Assembly (NCBI GenBank): GCA_963664435.2
Contig: CAXXKM010000001.1
Location: 1,280,001-1,344,000 of the forward strand
Direction: 5' to 3'
DNA length: 64,000 nucleotides
DNA from: Longimicrobiales bacterium
Lineage (GTDB): Bacteria; Gemmatimonadota; Gemmatimonadetes; Longimicrobiales; Gaopeijiaceae
Shown here: piece by piece, positions 54,109 to 64,000 of the stretch
How the letters are laid out: each line of letters begins with the position of its first letter
How positions within the stretch are numbered: position 1 is the first letter of the stretch
The notes under the pieces: generated by a model
What the model saw: the letters and a program-made list of their open reading frames with translations, nothing else
Databases searched by the model: none
Told to the model about the DNA's origin: nothing
Made by a program: the position numbers and the translations under genes

Positions 54109-54912
54109 TCAGGTAGCGGCGTGCGCGCCCCCGTCCACCACGATCACCTCGCCGGTCATGAAGGGCGAGCGATCGAGAAACAGCACCGTGCGCGCCACGT
54201 CCGCGGGCGACCCCCAGCCGCCCAGGGGGATGCGTGCGGCGGCGGCGCGGATGGCTTCCGGGGAGGCGTCCTCCTCGGGAAGCACGGAACCGGGCGCGAT
54301 CGCGTTGACCCTCACCCGGGGGGCCAGCGACCGGGCCGCCACCCGGGTGAGGTGGGCGAGCGCGGCCTTGGAGACCGAGTGGTGGGGGTAGCGCGACCAC
54401 GGCCTCAGCGCCGACAGGTCGACGATGTTGACCACGTTGCCCCGGCGTGCGGCGAGCGCCGCCGCGGTGGCCTGGATGAGCAGGAAGGGCGCCTTGAGGT
54501 TGACCGCCATCACCTGGTCCCACTCCTCCTCGCCGACCTGGTCGAACGGCGTGGCGAAGAAGGTGGAGGCATTGTTGACGAGCAGGTCGAGGCGCCCCCA
54601 CGCGGTGGTCGCGGCCGCGGCCAGCCGCCGCGCGCCGGCGCTGGTGGCAAGGTCGGCGCGGACGGCGAGGGCGCGCCGACCCCCGCCCTCCACCTCCGCC
54701 ACGACCTCGCGCGCGCCGGCGGCGGATCCGTGGTATCCGACTACCACGTCGAGGCCCGCGTCCGCCAGCGCGAGGGTGATGGCGCGCCCGACGCGCACGG
54801 CTCCGCCCGTCACCAGAGCCACCCTGGTTTCCGGGCGCGGGGCGTCCTCCCGGGTGGGTTCGAGGCGGGCCGCGGACGGCTCCGGACCGCTCGTGGAGGA
54901 GGAGTGGCTCAC
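54109..54912 (-). CDS. SDR oxidoreductase, pteridine reductase-like
   Basis: TGGAVRVG, NNAS, NIVD, HSVSK, VRVNAIAPG, VDGG; GTG start inferred. Confidence 0.8.
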   Translation of the reverse strand: MSHSSSTSGPEPSAARLEPTREDAPRPETRVALVTGGAVRVGRAITLALADAGLDVVVGYHGSAAGAREVVAEVEGGGRRALAVRADLATSAGARRLAAAATTAWGRLDLLVNNASTFFATPFDQVGEEEWDQVMAVNLKAPFLLIQATAAALAARRGNVVNIVDLSALRPWSRYPHHSVSKAALAHLTRVAARSLAPRVRVNAIAPGSVLPEEDASPEAIRAAAARIPLGGWGSPADVARTVLFLDRSPFMTGEVIVVDGGAHAAT

Positions 54913-55037
54913 CTGCCTCGGATCCCCCTTTTCCTCCGGGCCGCATGCGGCCACCATTCGAGTCTGCGAGCGCCCGCGAAGGGCGCCGTGAGAGAACCCG
55001 GAGAAGCTACCGGAGCCCGCAGCAGGCGGCAAACGAG

Positions 55038-55766
55038 ATGAGTGGAACCGATATGCTCACCGGAAGAGCGTGCATCGTCACGGGGAGCACGCGCGGCATC
55101 GGCCTGGAGATCGCGCGGGCTCTCGCTCGGGGCGGGGCCGACGTCGCGGTGAGCTCCAGAAGCGCCGCGGACGTGCATCGAGTCGCGGCCGAGGTGGATG
55201 CCCTGGGTAGCGGACACGCCATTGGAATCCCCTGCGACGTGCGCGATCCGGCGGCGTGCCGGCGGCTGGTCGATTCCGCGGCGGAACGCTTCGGGCGGCT
55301 GGACGTCCTGGTGAACAACGCCGGCTGGGGCCACTTCGCCCCCATCGACGAACTCTCCATTGAGGACTGGCGCGAGCAGATCGACACCAACCTCGGCGGC
55401 GTCTTCTACGGCTCCAGGGCTGCGGTGCCGCATCTGACGGCCGACGGCGGAGGCTGGATCATCAACATCGGTTCGCTTGCGGGCCGGCACGCCTTCGCCG
55501 GAGGAGCGGGGTACAATGCCAGCAAGTTCGGCCTGCTCGGCATGACCGAAGCGATGATGCTCGACCTGCGCCACCGGGACATCCGGGTGAGCCTCATCAT
55601 GCCCGGCAGCGTCAACACCGGGTTCCGCGGCCAGTCCGCCGATCACGACTGGAAGCTGGACGGGCAGGACGTGGCCCGGGCGGTAACGGACCTGCTGGCC
55701 TATCCCGGACGGGCGCTTCCCAGCCGGGTCGAGCTGAGGCCCAGCCGGCCGCTTCGAAAGCGATAG
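55038..55766 (+). CDS. SDR family oxidoreductase
   Basis: TGSTRGIG, NNAG, YNASK, MPGSVNT. Confidence 0.9.
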   Translation: MSGTDMLTGRACIVTGSTRGIGLEIARALARGGADVAVSSRSAADVHRVAAEVDALGSGHAIGIPCDVRDPAACRRLVDSAAERFGRLDVLVNNAGWGHFAPIDELSIEDWREQIDTNLGGVFYGSRAAVPHLTADGGGWIINIGSLAGRHAFAGGAGYNASKFGLLGMTEAMMLDLRHRDIRVSLIMPGSVNTGFRGQSADHDWKLDGQDVARAVTDLLAYPGRALPSRVELRPSRPLRKR

Positions 55767-55893
55767 CCGCGGGGTGGCTCGCGGGAATCCCATCACCGAC
55801 CACACACAGCTTGTAACCGACCCAACTTGACCTGGACACCTCGATCATGGACCTGACCACCCGAACCGGGACGACCCGCGAGGGCATCTCCGC

Positions 55894-56880
55894 ATGAAGC
55901 GGGCTCTGGTGATCGGCGCCGGCGGCCAGGTGGGCACCGAACTGGTTGTGGCGCTGCGCGCCCGGTACGGGCAGGAGAACGTGCTCGCGACGGACCTGCG
56001 TCCGGACGCCGCCGCAACGCTGGGCGGCCCCTTCGAGCCCCTCGACTGTACGGACGGCGAGGCCGTGCTGGCTGCGGTGCGCCGTTTCCGCCCGCACACC
56101 GTATTCCACCTGGCGGCCCTGCTGTCGGTGACCGGGGAGGAGCGGCCCCGGCTGGCGTACCGCGTGAACCTCGGCGGGCTGCTCAATGTCCTCGAGGCCG
56201 CGCGCGCGGAGGACTCGGCCGTCTTCTTCGCGAGCACGATCGCAAGCTTCGGCCCCTCCATCCCGCTCGATCTGGTACCGCAGGACGCGGCCCAGCGGCC
56301 CACCACCATGTACGGCATCACCAAGGCCGCGGGGGAGATGATCTGCGACTACTACCACCTGCGCTACCGGGTCGACACCCGCGGCCTGCGCTTTCCGGGG
56401 TTGATCTCCCACGTGGCCGAGCCGGGCGGCGGCACCACTGACTATGCGGTCGAGGTCTTCCAGGCCGCGGTGGCGCGCGGCGCCTATACCTGCCCGCTGC
56501 GGGCGGACACGCAACTGGACATGATGTACATGCCGGACGCCGTCCGCGCCGCGATCGAGCTTATGCAGGCCGACCCCTCTCGGCTCACGCACCGAAACGC
56601 CTGCAACATCGCCGCCATGCAGTTCACGCCCCGGATGCTCGCCGCGGAGATCGCGCGCCACCTGCCGCACTTCCGCATGGAGTACCGGGTGGATCCGTTG
56701 CGACAGGCCATCGCCGACTCCTGGCCGCGGCGCATTGACGACTCCGTAGCACGGGAGGAGTGGGGCTGGAGGCCGGAATACGATATCGCCGCGATGACTG
56801 CGGAAATGGTCGCACACCTGCGCCAGCGGGGATCCGCGTCTCCCGGTATTCCGAACCGGCGCCCGACCCTTCCTCGATAG
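55894..56880 (+). CDS. SDR/epimerase-type L-threonine 3-dehydrogenase
   Basis: GAGGQVG, HLAALLS, PTTMYGITK, PGGGTTDYAV, MMYMPD, RQAIADSWP; adjacent to kbl. Confidence 0.88.
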   Translation: MKRALVIGAGGQVGTELVVALRARYGQENVLATDLRPDAAATLGGPFEPLDCTDGEAVLAAVRRFRPHTVFHLAALLSVTGEERPRLAYRVNLGGLLNVLEAARAEDSAVFFASTIASFGPSIPLDLVPQDAAQRPTTMYGITKAAGEMICDYYHLRYRVDTRGLRFPGLISHVAEPGGGTTDYAVEVFQAAVARGAYTCPLRADTQLDMMYMPDAVRAAIELMQADPSRLTHRNACNIAAMQFTPRMLAAEIARHLPHFRMEYRVDPLRQAIADSWPRRIDDSVAREEWGWRPEYDIAAMTAEMVAHLRQRGSASPGIPNRRPTLPR

Positions 56881-56893
56881 CCCCGGAGACTCC

Positions 56894-58128
56894 ATGCCCC
56901 TCGACCGCCTGACCGCCGTGCTGGACGGCCACGTCCGCGAACTCGAACGGAAGGGCACCGCCAAGGGCGCGGAAGCCGTGGTCACCGCCGTGGAGATGCC
57001 GCGCGGGGAGCGCGGTCCCCGGGTACGGCTGGAGGGCGAGGGCGAACGTCGCTTCATTCGCCTCAACTCCAACTCCTACCTGGGGATGGGCCTGCGCCCC
57101 GATGTCATCGCGGCGGAGGAAGCGGAGGCGCGGGCGTCGGGAGCGGGTCCGGGGGCGGTGCGCTTCATCAGCGGAACCTACGCCGCGCACGTGGAGCTGG
57201 AACGGCGGCTGGCGCGCTTCCACGGGCGCGACGCGGCCATTCTCTTCTCCTCCGCCTACGCGGCGGTGGTGGGCTGCCTGGTGTCGCTGATCGACTCCGG
57301 AACGGCGCTCATCTCCGACGAGCTCAATCACAATTCCATCATCAACGCGGTCCGGCTCGCGCGTCCCCTGTCGAAGGTGGTGTACCCCCACCTCGACATG
57401 CGTGCGCTGGACCGGGCGCTCGCGCAGGCCGCTGGAAGGGCCCGCCGCGCCATCGTGGTCACCGACGGCATCTTCAGCATGCGCGGCGTGCACGCGCCCG
57501 TGGACGAGATCATGGAGATCGCCCACCGCCACGACCACGACTTCCCCGAGAACGTGGTGGTGGTGCTCGACGATTCGCACGGCGTGGGCGCCATCGGCGC
57601 CACCGGGCGGGGCACCGAGGAGTACACGGGCTCCCCTCCCGTCGACGTCATGGTGGCCACCCTGGGAAAGGCGCTCGGAGTGAACGGCGGCTACGTGGCG
57701 ACGAGCGCCGCGCTTGTGCGCCATCTGCGCGAGAGCGCCCCGTTCTACATCTACTCCAACCCGATCACGCCCGGGGAGGCGAGGGCGGCGCTGAAGGCGC
57801 TCGCGATTCTCGACAGCGAGGAGGGACTGCGGCTGCTCCAGCGCCTGCGCGCGCTTACCCGGCGCTTCGAGGACGGCCTGGTGCGGCTCGGAATCGAGGT
57901 GCTGGAGGGGGAGCACCCGGTGGTTCCGCTGATGATCCGCGACACGGCGCGCACCCATGAGCTGGTGCGCCATCTGCGCGACCATGGTATCCTGGCAACC
58001 GGCTTGGCCTTCCCCGTGGTTCCGCGCGGCGATGAGGAGATTCGCGCGCAGATCAACGCCGACCACACCGAGGCCGACATCGACTACGTGCTGGACGTGC
58101 TGGCGCATCGCCCGGGAGCAGGGGAGAT

Positions 58129-58132
<4 letters not shown>
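56894..58132 (+). CDS. kbl: Glycine C-acetyltransferase (2-amino-3-ketobutyrate CoA ligase)
   Basis: [41 protein letters not shown]; coupled with Thr dehydrogenase. Confidence 0.85.
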
Positions 58133-59991
<1,859 letters not shown>

Positions 59992-60014
59992 GGCGGCGGG
60001 AGCCGGGCTGAGGT

Positions 60015-60470
60015 TCAGGCCAGCAACGCGTCCTTACCCCTGAACGGATCCCGGATGCGCAACTCCGGGAAGAGCATGAAGTCCCGGTCGCGAGACAGGA
60101 GCAAATCGACCCCGTGGGCCATACAGATCGCAGCGACTCGCGCGTCGTGCACCACGCCCCCGTGCACGCGCGGACGCTGGATGAACGGTCCCAGCGTAGC
60201 GAGGAAATCGTCGGTTTCGCCGATCAGGTGATTCGATGGCGATGCCGTCCATACCTCCAACTGCCGCCACGCCTGTTCCGAAGTACTCGACGCCTCCTTC
60301 CAGATCCGGCGGTTGGTGACCACGCTCAGGAACTCGAAGCAGCAGGGCCAGGGGATAGCCCACGGGTGGCGTCCCTCCGCCAGCCTTCGCATGATCTTCC
60401 GGGCGACCGCGTGCACCCGGGATTCCCGGCGATGCGCGTAGACCAGCACGCTGGTGTCAACGGCGATCAA
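60015..60470 (-). CDS. vapC: PIN-domain toxin VapC
   Basis: IAVDTSVLVYA, EFLSVVT, VHDARVAA, SRDRDF; TTG start. Confidence 0.9.
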   Translation of the reverse strand: MIAVDTSVLVYAHRRESRVHAVARKIMRRLAEGRHPWAIPWPCCFEFLSVVTNRRIWKEASSTSEQAWRQLEVWTASPSNHLIGETDDFLATLGPFIQRPRVHGGVVHDARVAAICMAHGVDLLLSRDRDFMLFPELRIRDPFRGKDALLA

Positions 60471-60744
60471 CGCTTCCCCGGGTCGGTGCCGATGACGACG
60501 GCCTGTCCCGGTCATCGTAGATGATGTCGCGCAGGTCCTGCCAGGAGTAGTCTTCAAGCGGGTCGCGAACGTCGCTGCAGCCGACGCTCAGGTCGGGAAG
60601 CTCGTAACGTGGAGGAGGCTTGGATGCGTCAAGCACCCGGCGGAGGCCCTCCTCGACCACTGCGCGCAGAGGCCGACCGACCTTGCGCGCATGACGCTTG
60701 GCGCGCGCAAACAGTTCATCCTGGATGTCGAGCGTTGTCTTCAT
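60457..60744 (-). CDS. vapB: RHH-type antitoxin (VapB-like)
   Basis: MKTTLDIQDELFARAK...LRAVVEEGLR; immediately upstream of and overlapping vapC. Confidence 0.85.
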   Translation of the reverse strand: MKTTLDIQDELFARAKRHARKVGRPLRAVVEEGLRRVLDASKPPPRYELPDLSVGCSDVRDPLEDYSWQDLRDIIYDDRDRPSSSAPTRGSVDRR

Positions 60745-60756
60745 GTCTACATAGTA

Positions 60757-60789
60757 CCCATATCTGTTGATATGGGCTACCCATATCAA
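60757..60789. promoter_or_regulatory. Interlocking inverted repeats, putative vapBC operator
   Basis: CCCATATC-tgtt-GATATGGG and TTGATATGGG-cta-CCCATATCAA share the central arm. Confidence 0.75.
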
Positions 60790-60819
60790 AGCGGTTGGAG
60801 AGGCTTCGGAGGAATGATG

Positions 60820-63012
60820 ATGACACGGATATTTCGCTCAAGTGATGTCCCGCTGGCGCGCGCATCCCGACGCACCGAGCCGCGTGCCGTCTTATCGCGA
60901 GCGGGCCGCCGATTGTGGCTCCTGCCGCTGGTCGCGCTCCAGCTGGCCTGCGGGAGCCCTTATCCGCCGCCGCCCGAGACGGCGCAGGACCCCGTCGTCG
61001 ACACCCTGCACGGGGTCGTCTTCACCGACCCGTACCGGTGGCTGGAGGACCAGGACAGCCCGGAGACGCGGGCCTGGATCGCCGACCAGAACGCCTACGC
61101 GGAGCAGATCGTCGGGGAGTCGGCGCTGCGTACCGGGCTGGAGGTGCGCCTGCGGGAGCTGATGGACGCTCCCGGACCGGTGTATCCGCAGCGGCGGGGT
61201 GACTTCGAATACTTCTCCCTCCGGCCAACCGGGCGCGAGGTGGGCGCGATCTACCGGCGGCCGGCGCCGGAGGAGCCCGCTGACGGCCCGTTTGACGCTA
61301 CCGCGGACTACGAGGTGGTGATCGATCCCCTCGATCTGCGGGCCGACGGCACCACCAGCGTCGGTATCCGGGGCTTCTCGCCGGACGGCAGCCTGATGCT
61401 CTACTCCATCCGGGATGGCGGCCGGGACGAGATTGAATTCCGGGTGCGCGACTTGAACGCCGGCGAGGATCTTCCCGACCGGCTGCCGACCGCACTCTAC
61501 GGCAGCGTCGCGTTTACGTCCGACGGCACGGGCTTCTACTACACGCATCGGTCCCGCCAGACCGGACCGCGCGTGCGCCGCCACGTCCTGGGCACCGAAA
61601 TGTCGGAGGATGTCGAGCTGTTCGGGACGGGCATCGGCCCGACCGCCTTCGTCAACGCCTCGGAGGTGGACGAAGGCCGCTACCTCATCTACACGGTACA
61701 GCACGGCTGGGCGCGCACCGACGTCTACCTGCACGACCTGAGGTCGGGGGCCGACCCGTTGCCGCTCGTGGTCGGGGCGCCCGCCCGCTTCCGCACCCGC
61801 TGGGTGGACGGGGAGATCTACCTGCTCACCAACCTGGACGCTCCCCGCAATCGCGTGGTCGCCGTCCGGCCTGAAGCCCCGGACCCGAGCCAGTGGCGCG
61901 AGGTCATCCCCGAGGGCGAGGACCTGCTGACCGGCTACCAGTTCATCGGCGACGACATCTACGCCGACTACCTGCACAACGTGAGCAGCCGCGTCGTGCG
62001 CTACGGCCCGGACGGCGTCCTGAAGGGCGAGATCCCCATCCCCGAGCATCATGTGGCGACGCTGCGCGGACACGGCGAGGGCGGTGCCCTGCTGTCCCTC
62101 ACCTCGCTCCTGACGCCCCAGACGGTGCTCGAACTCGACCTCGAAACGCTGGAGACGCAGGAGTGGCGCCCCCCCACTGCGCCCTTCGATGGCAGCCCCT
62201 ACGAGATGACACAGGTGTGGTACACGTCCGCGGACGGGACCGAGGCGCCCATGTACGTGGCTCACCGGCGTGGCCTCGAACTCGACGGCGCGACCCCGAC
62301 CCTCCTCTACGGCTACGGCGGCTTCAACGTGAACCTGCTGCCTCGCTTCGATGCGCGGGCGGCGGTCTGGATGGAGCAAGGCGGAGTCTACGCGATCGCA
62401 ACGCTGCGCGGGGGAGGCGAGTTCGGCGAGGAATGGCACCGCGACGGCATGCTCGAGAACAAGCCCAACGTCTTCGCCGATTTCATCGCCGCCGCCGAGT
62501 GGCTGATTTCGAACGGCTACACCGGCCCGGACAAGCTGGCCATCCGCGGGGGGAGCAACGGCGGGCTGCTGGTCGGGAGTGCGCTGACGAAGCGGCCGGA
62601 CCTTTTCCGCGCCGTGTTCGCCGGCCTCCCCGAACTCGACCTGGTGCGCTTCTACCAGTTCACCGACACCAACAACATGCCGGCGCTGCTCGAGTACGGA
62701 AACGGGGCGATCCGCGAAGAATTCGAGGTGCTCCGGACCTTCTCGCCCTACCAGAACGTGCGCAACGGCGTGGACTACCCGGCGGTGATGCTCACCCAGG
62801 GCGACCTGGACACGCGCGTGCCCCCGCTCCAAGCCCGCAAGATGGCGGCGCGGCTGCAGGCGGCCACGGGTTCAGGGCTCCCGATCATCCTCGACTACGA
62901 CGAGCGCACCGGCCACGCCGGCGGACGCGCCTTCAGCCGCAACGTGCGCAACGCGGCGATGGAACTGGCGTTCCTGCTGCAGCAGCTGAGGGCGGGAGAA
63001 GGAGGGACGTAG
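60820..63012 (+). CDS. Prolyl oligopeptidase (S9A), probable lipoprotein
   Basis: DPYRWLED, YGYGGF, RGGGEFG, catalytic GGSNGG, DTRV and GH; lipobox LQLAC; ATG 60814/60817/60820 after GGAGG. Confidence 0.93.
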   Translation: MTRIFRSSDVPLARASRRTEPRAVLSRAGRRLWLLPLVALQLACGSPYPPPPETAQDPVVDTLHGVVFTDPYRWLEDQDSPETRAWIADQNAYAEQIVGESALRTGLEVRLRELMDAPGPVYPQRRGDFEYFSLRPTGREVGAIYRRPAPEEPADGPFDATADYEVVIDPLDLRADGTTSVGIRGFSPDGSLMLYSIRDGGRDEIEFRVRDLNAGEDLPDRLPTALYGSVAFTSDGTGFYYTHRSRQTGPRVRRHVLGTEMSEDVELFGTGIGPTAFVNASEVDEGRYLIYTVQHGWARTDVYLHDLRSGADPLPLVVGAPARFRTRWVDGEIYLLTNLDAPRNRVVAVRPEAPDPSQWREVIPEGEDLLTGYQFIGDDIYADYLHNVSSRVVRYGPDGVLKGEIPIPEHHVATLRGHGEGGALLSLTSLLTPQTVLELDLETLETQEWRPPTAPFDGSPYEMTQVWYTSADGTEAPMYVAHRRGLELDGATPTLLYGYGGFNVNLLPRFDARAAVWMEQGGVYAIATLRGGGEFGEEWHRDGMLENKPNVFADFIAAAEWLISNGYTGPDKLAIRGGSNGGLLVGSALTKRPDLFRAVFAGLPELDLVRFYQFTDTNNMPALLEYGNGAIREEFEVLRTFSPYQNVRNGVDYPAVMLTQGDLDTRVPPLQARKMAARLQAATGSGLPIILDYDERTGHAGGRAFSRNVRNAAMELAFLLQQLRAGEGGT

Positions 63013-63019
63013 GGCCAGG

Positions 63020-64000
63020 CTAAGGCGCCCTGTCGAGCCGCCAGAGCTGCACACGTTCTACATCGAATTCATCGATGGTCTTGCCGAGAACGTAGTCTTC
63101 GCCGATCTCGAAGACATCCAAGCCGCGTGGCGTTTCCGCGAATCCCTGAACCCGGCCTTCCGGCTCGAAGACCGTCCAGACGACCTGTGGCGCACCGGGA
63201 AGCCTGTACTCCTGGACCCAGAGGTATCCCAGCGGATCGGAGTGCAGGGCTTCGAACGCGGGGAAGAACTCGACGAGAGGCATGTCCTCGGTCTCTGCGA
63301 GCAGGCGCGTTCGACGTGCGTCCGGGAGGTCCGCGTAGGCCTCGGCGAGCACGGTGTCCAGTTCGGCCTGTGTCGGGCTGCGCGGCTCGTGTTCGCGGCG
63401 GATGATCCTCACGAGCGTGCCGTCGCTCCGGTAGGCCCGGAGTTCATAGCGGTCGGTCGGAGCCACGACGGCGAAACCGCCCCAGATGGTCGCAATCGTG
63501 GACCGGCCGAAGGGATGGGGCATCGCCATCGGACCCGCGGGCGAAGAAAACCACTCCTCGCCCGGGTGCGCACCCAGCGATACCCGCAGCTCGCCATCGG
63601 GCAGAAGCAGACCGAATTCCTGGTCCCGCCGGAGGAGCGGATTCTCCGACCCGAACACCCCGCTAAGGACCGCGCTCGGCTTCGCCAGCACCGCCCCGTC
63701 GGGCAGGTCGCCCAGGAACGAATGGAAGCCATCGGCCAGGGTCACGGTGCGACCGTGATTTCCGCGCGAATCGAAGATCTCCAGCCGTCGCGCGAACATG
63801 TTGTCGGCGGCGATCGAGTCACCGAGCCAGCGGCTCACCGTCTGCGGCGTGTACGCGCTGAATTCGCCCGGACCCTCACCCTGCCCTCCCCACGTCTCCA
63901 GGTATGTCCCGTCCGCGCCGAAGACGCGAAGCTCGGACGTGCCGGCGTTCGCCAACACGATTCTGCCATCGGCGAGCTTCGTCGCGTCCAGGACGGTGAA
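63020..64000 (-). CDS. 6-bladed beta-propeller protein (partial; 5' end beyond the window)
   Basis: GGQGEGPGEF, D..G.LWV, WTVF...G, FEIGEDYVLG...DEFDVERV; the frame is open to the window edge. Confidence 0.8.
   Translation of the reverse strand, partial: FTVLDATKLADGRIVLANAGTSELRVFGADGTYLETWGGQGEGPGEFSAYTPQTVSRWLGDSIAADNMFARRLEIFDSRGNHGRTVTLADGFHSFLGDLPDGAVLAKPSAVLSGVFGSENPLLRRDQEFGLLLPDGELRVSLGAHPGEEWFSSPAGPMAMPHPFGRSTIATIWGGFAVVAPTDRYELRAYRSDGTLVRIIRREHEPRSPTQAELDTVLAEAYADLPDARRTRLLAETEDMPLVEFFPAFEALHSDPLGYLWVQEYRLPGAPQVVWTVFEPEGRVQGFAETPRGLDVFEIGEDYVLGKTIDEFDVERVQLWRLDRAP

Overview
This is a very GC-rich (~70% by eye) bacterial chromosomal window with about 60 densely packed genes, mostly on the + strand and often joined by ATGA/GTGA stop-start overlaps. 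Gene content and order suggest a diderm bacterium, plausibly Gemmatimonadota (inference only). Most of it is core housekeeping. It has an M16 peptidase pair, a Nudix hydrolase, an ECF sigma/ZAS anti-sigma pair, holA, mutS, a CBS-domain cystathionine beta-synthase, ddl, a rhomboid protease and an EF-G paralog. These are followed by yebC-ruvCAB-queA-tgt-yajC-def-fmt-thiE/tenI-thiS-thiG-rsmB-PASTA, tsaD-lgt-tamAB-uvrA, a CesT/YbjN-pspA-dat group, rho, mlaEFD, FNR/trxB, tdh-kbl-glnS, a vapBC module and a prolyl oligopeptidase. I found no rRNA, tRNA, CRISPR array, integrase or transposase. The best candidate for an undescribed system is the three-gene cluster at 44638-47499. Its first gene encodes an exported protein that fuses a c-type heme domain to a PHM/DBH-like domain with six candidate copper ligands in PHM order. 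It is followed by an exported protein with a vicinal Cys-Cys and a MORN-repeat protein. Other notable signals are twin GGGAACC-N17-GTAG ECF-like promoters with a perfect palindrome, a near-consensus rho promoter with a duplicated -35 and a C-rich leader, a 69-aa insertion in QueA, an EF-G paralog with rewired GTPase motifs, and interlocking palindromes over the vapBC promoter. Starts were refined by eye and product calls rest on recognised motifs, not database searches.
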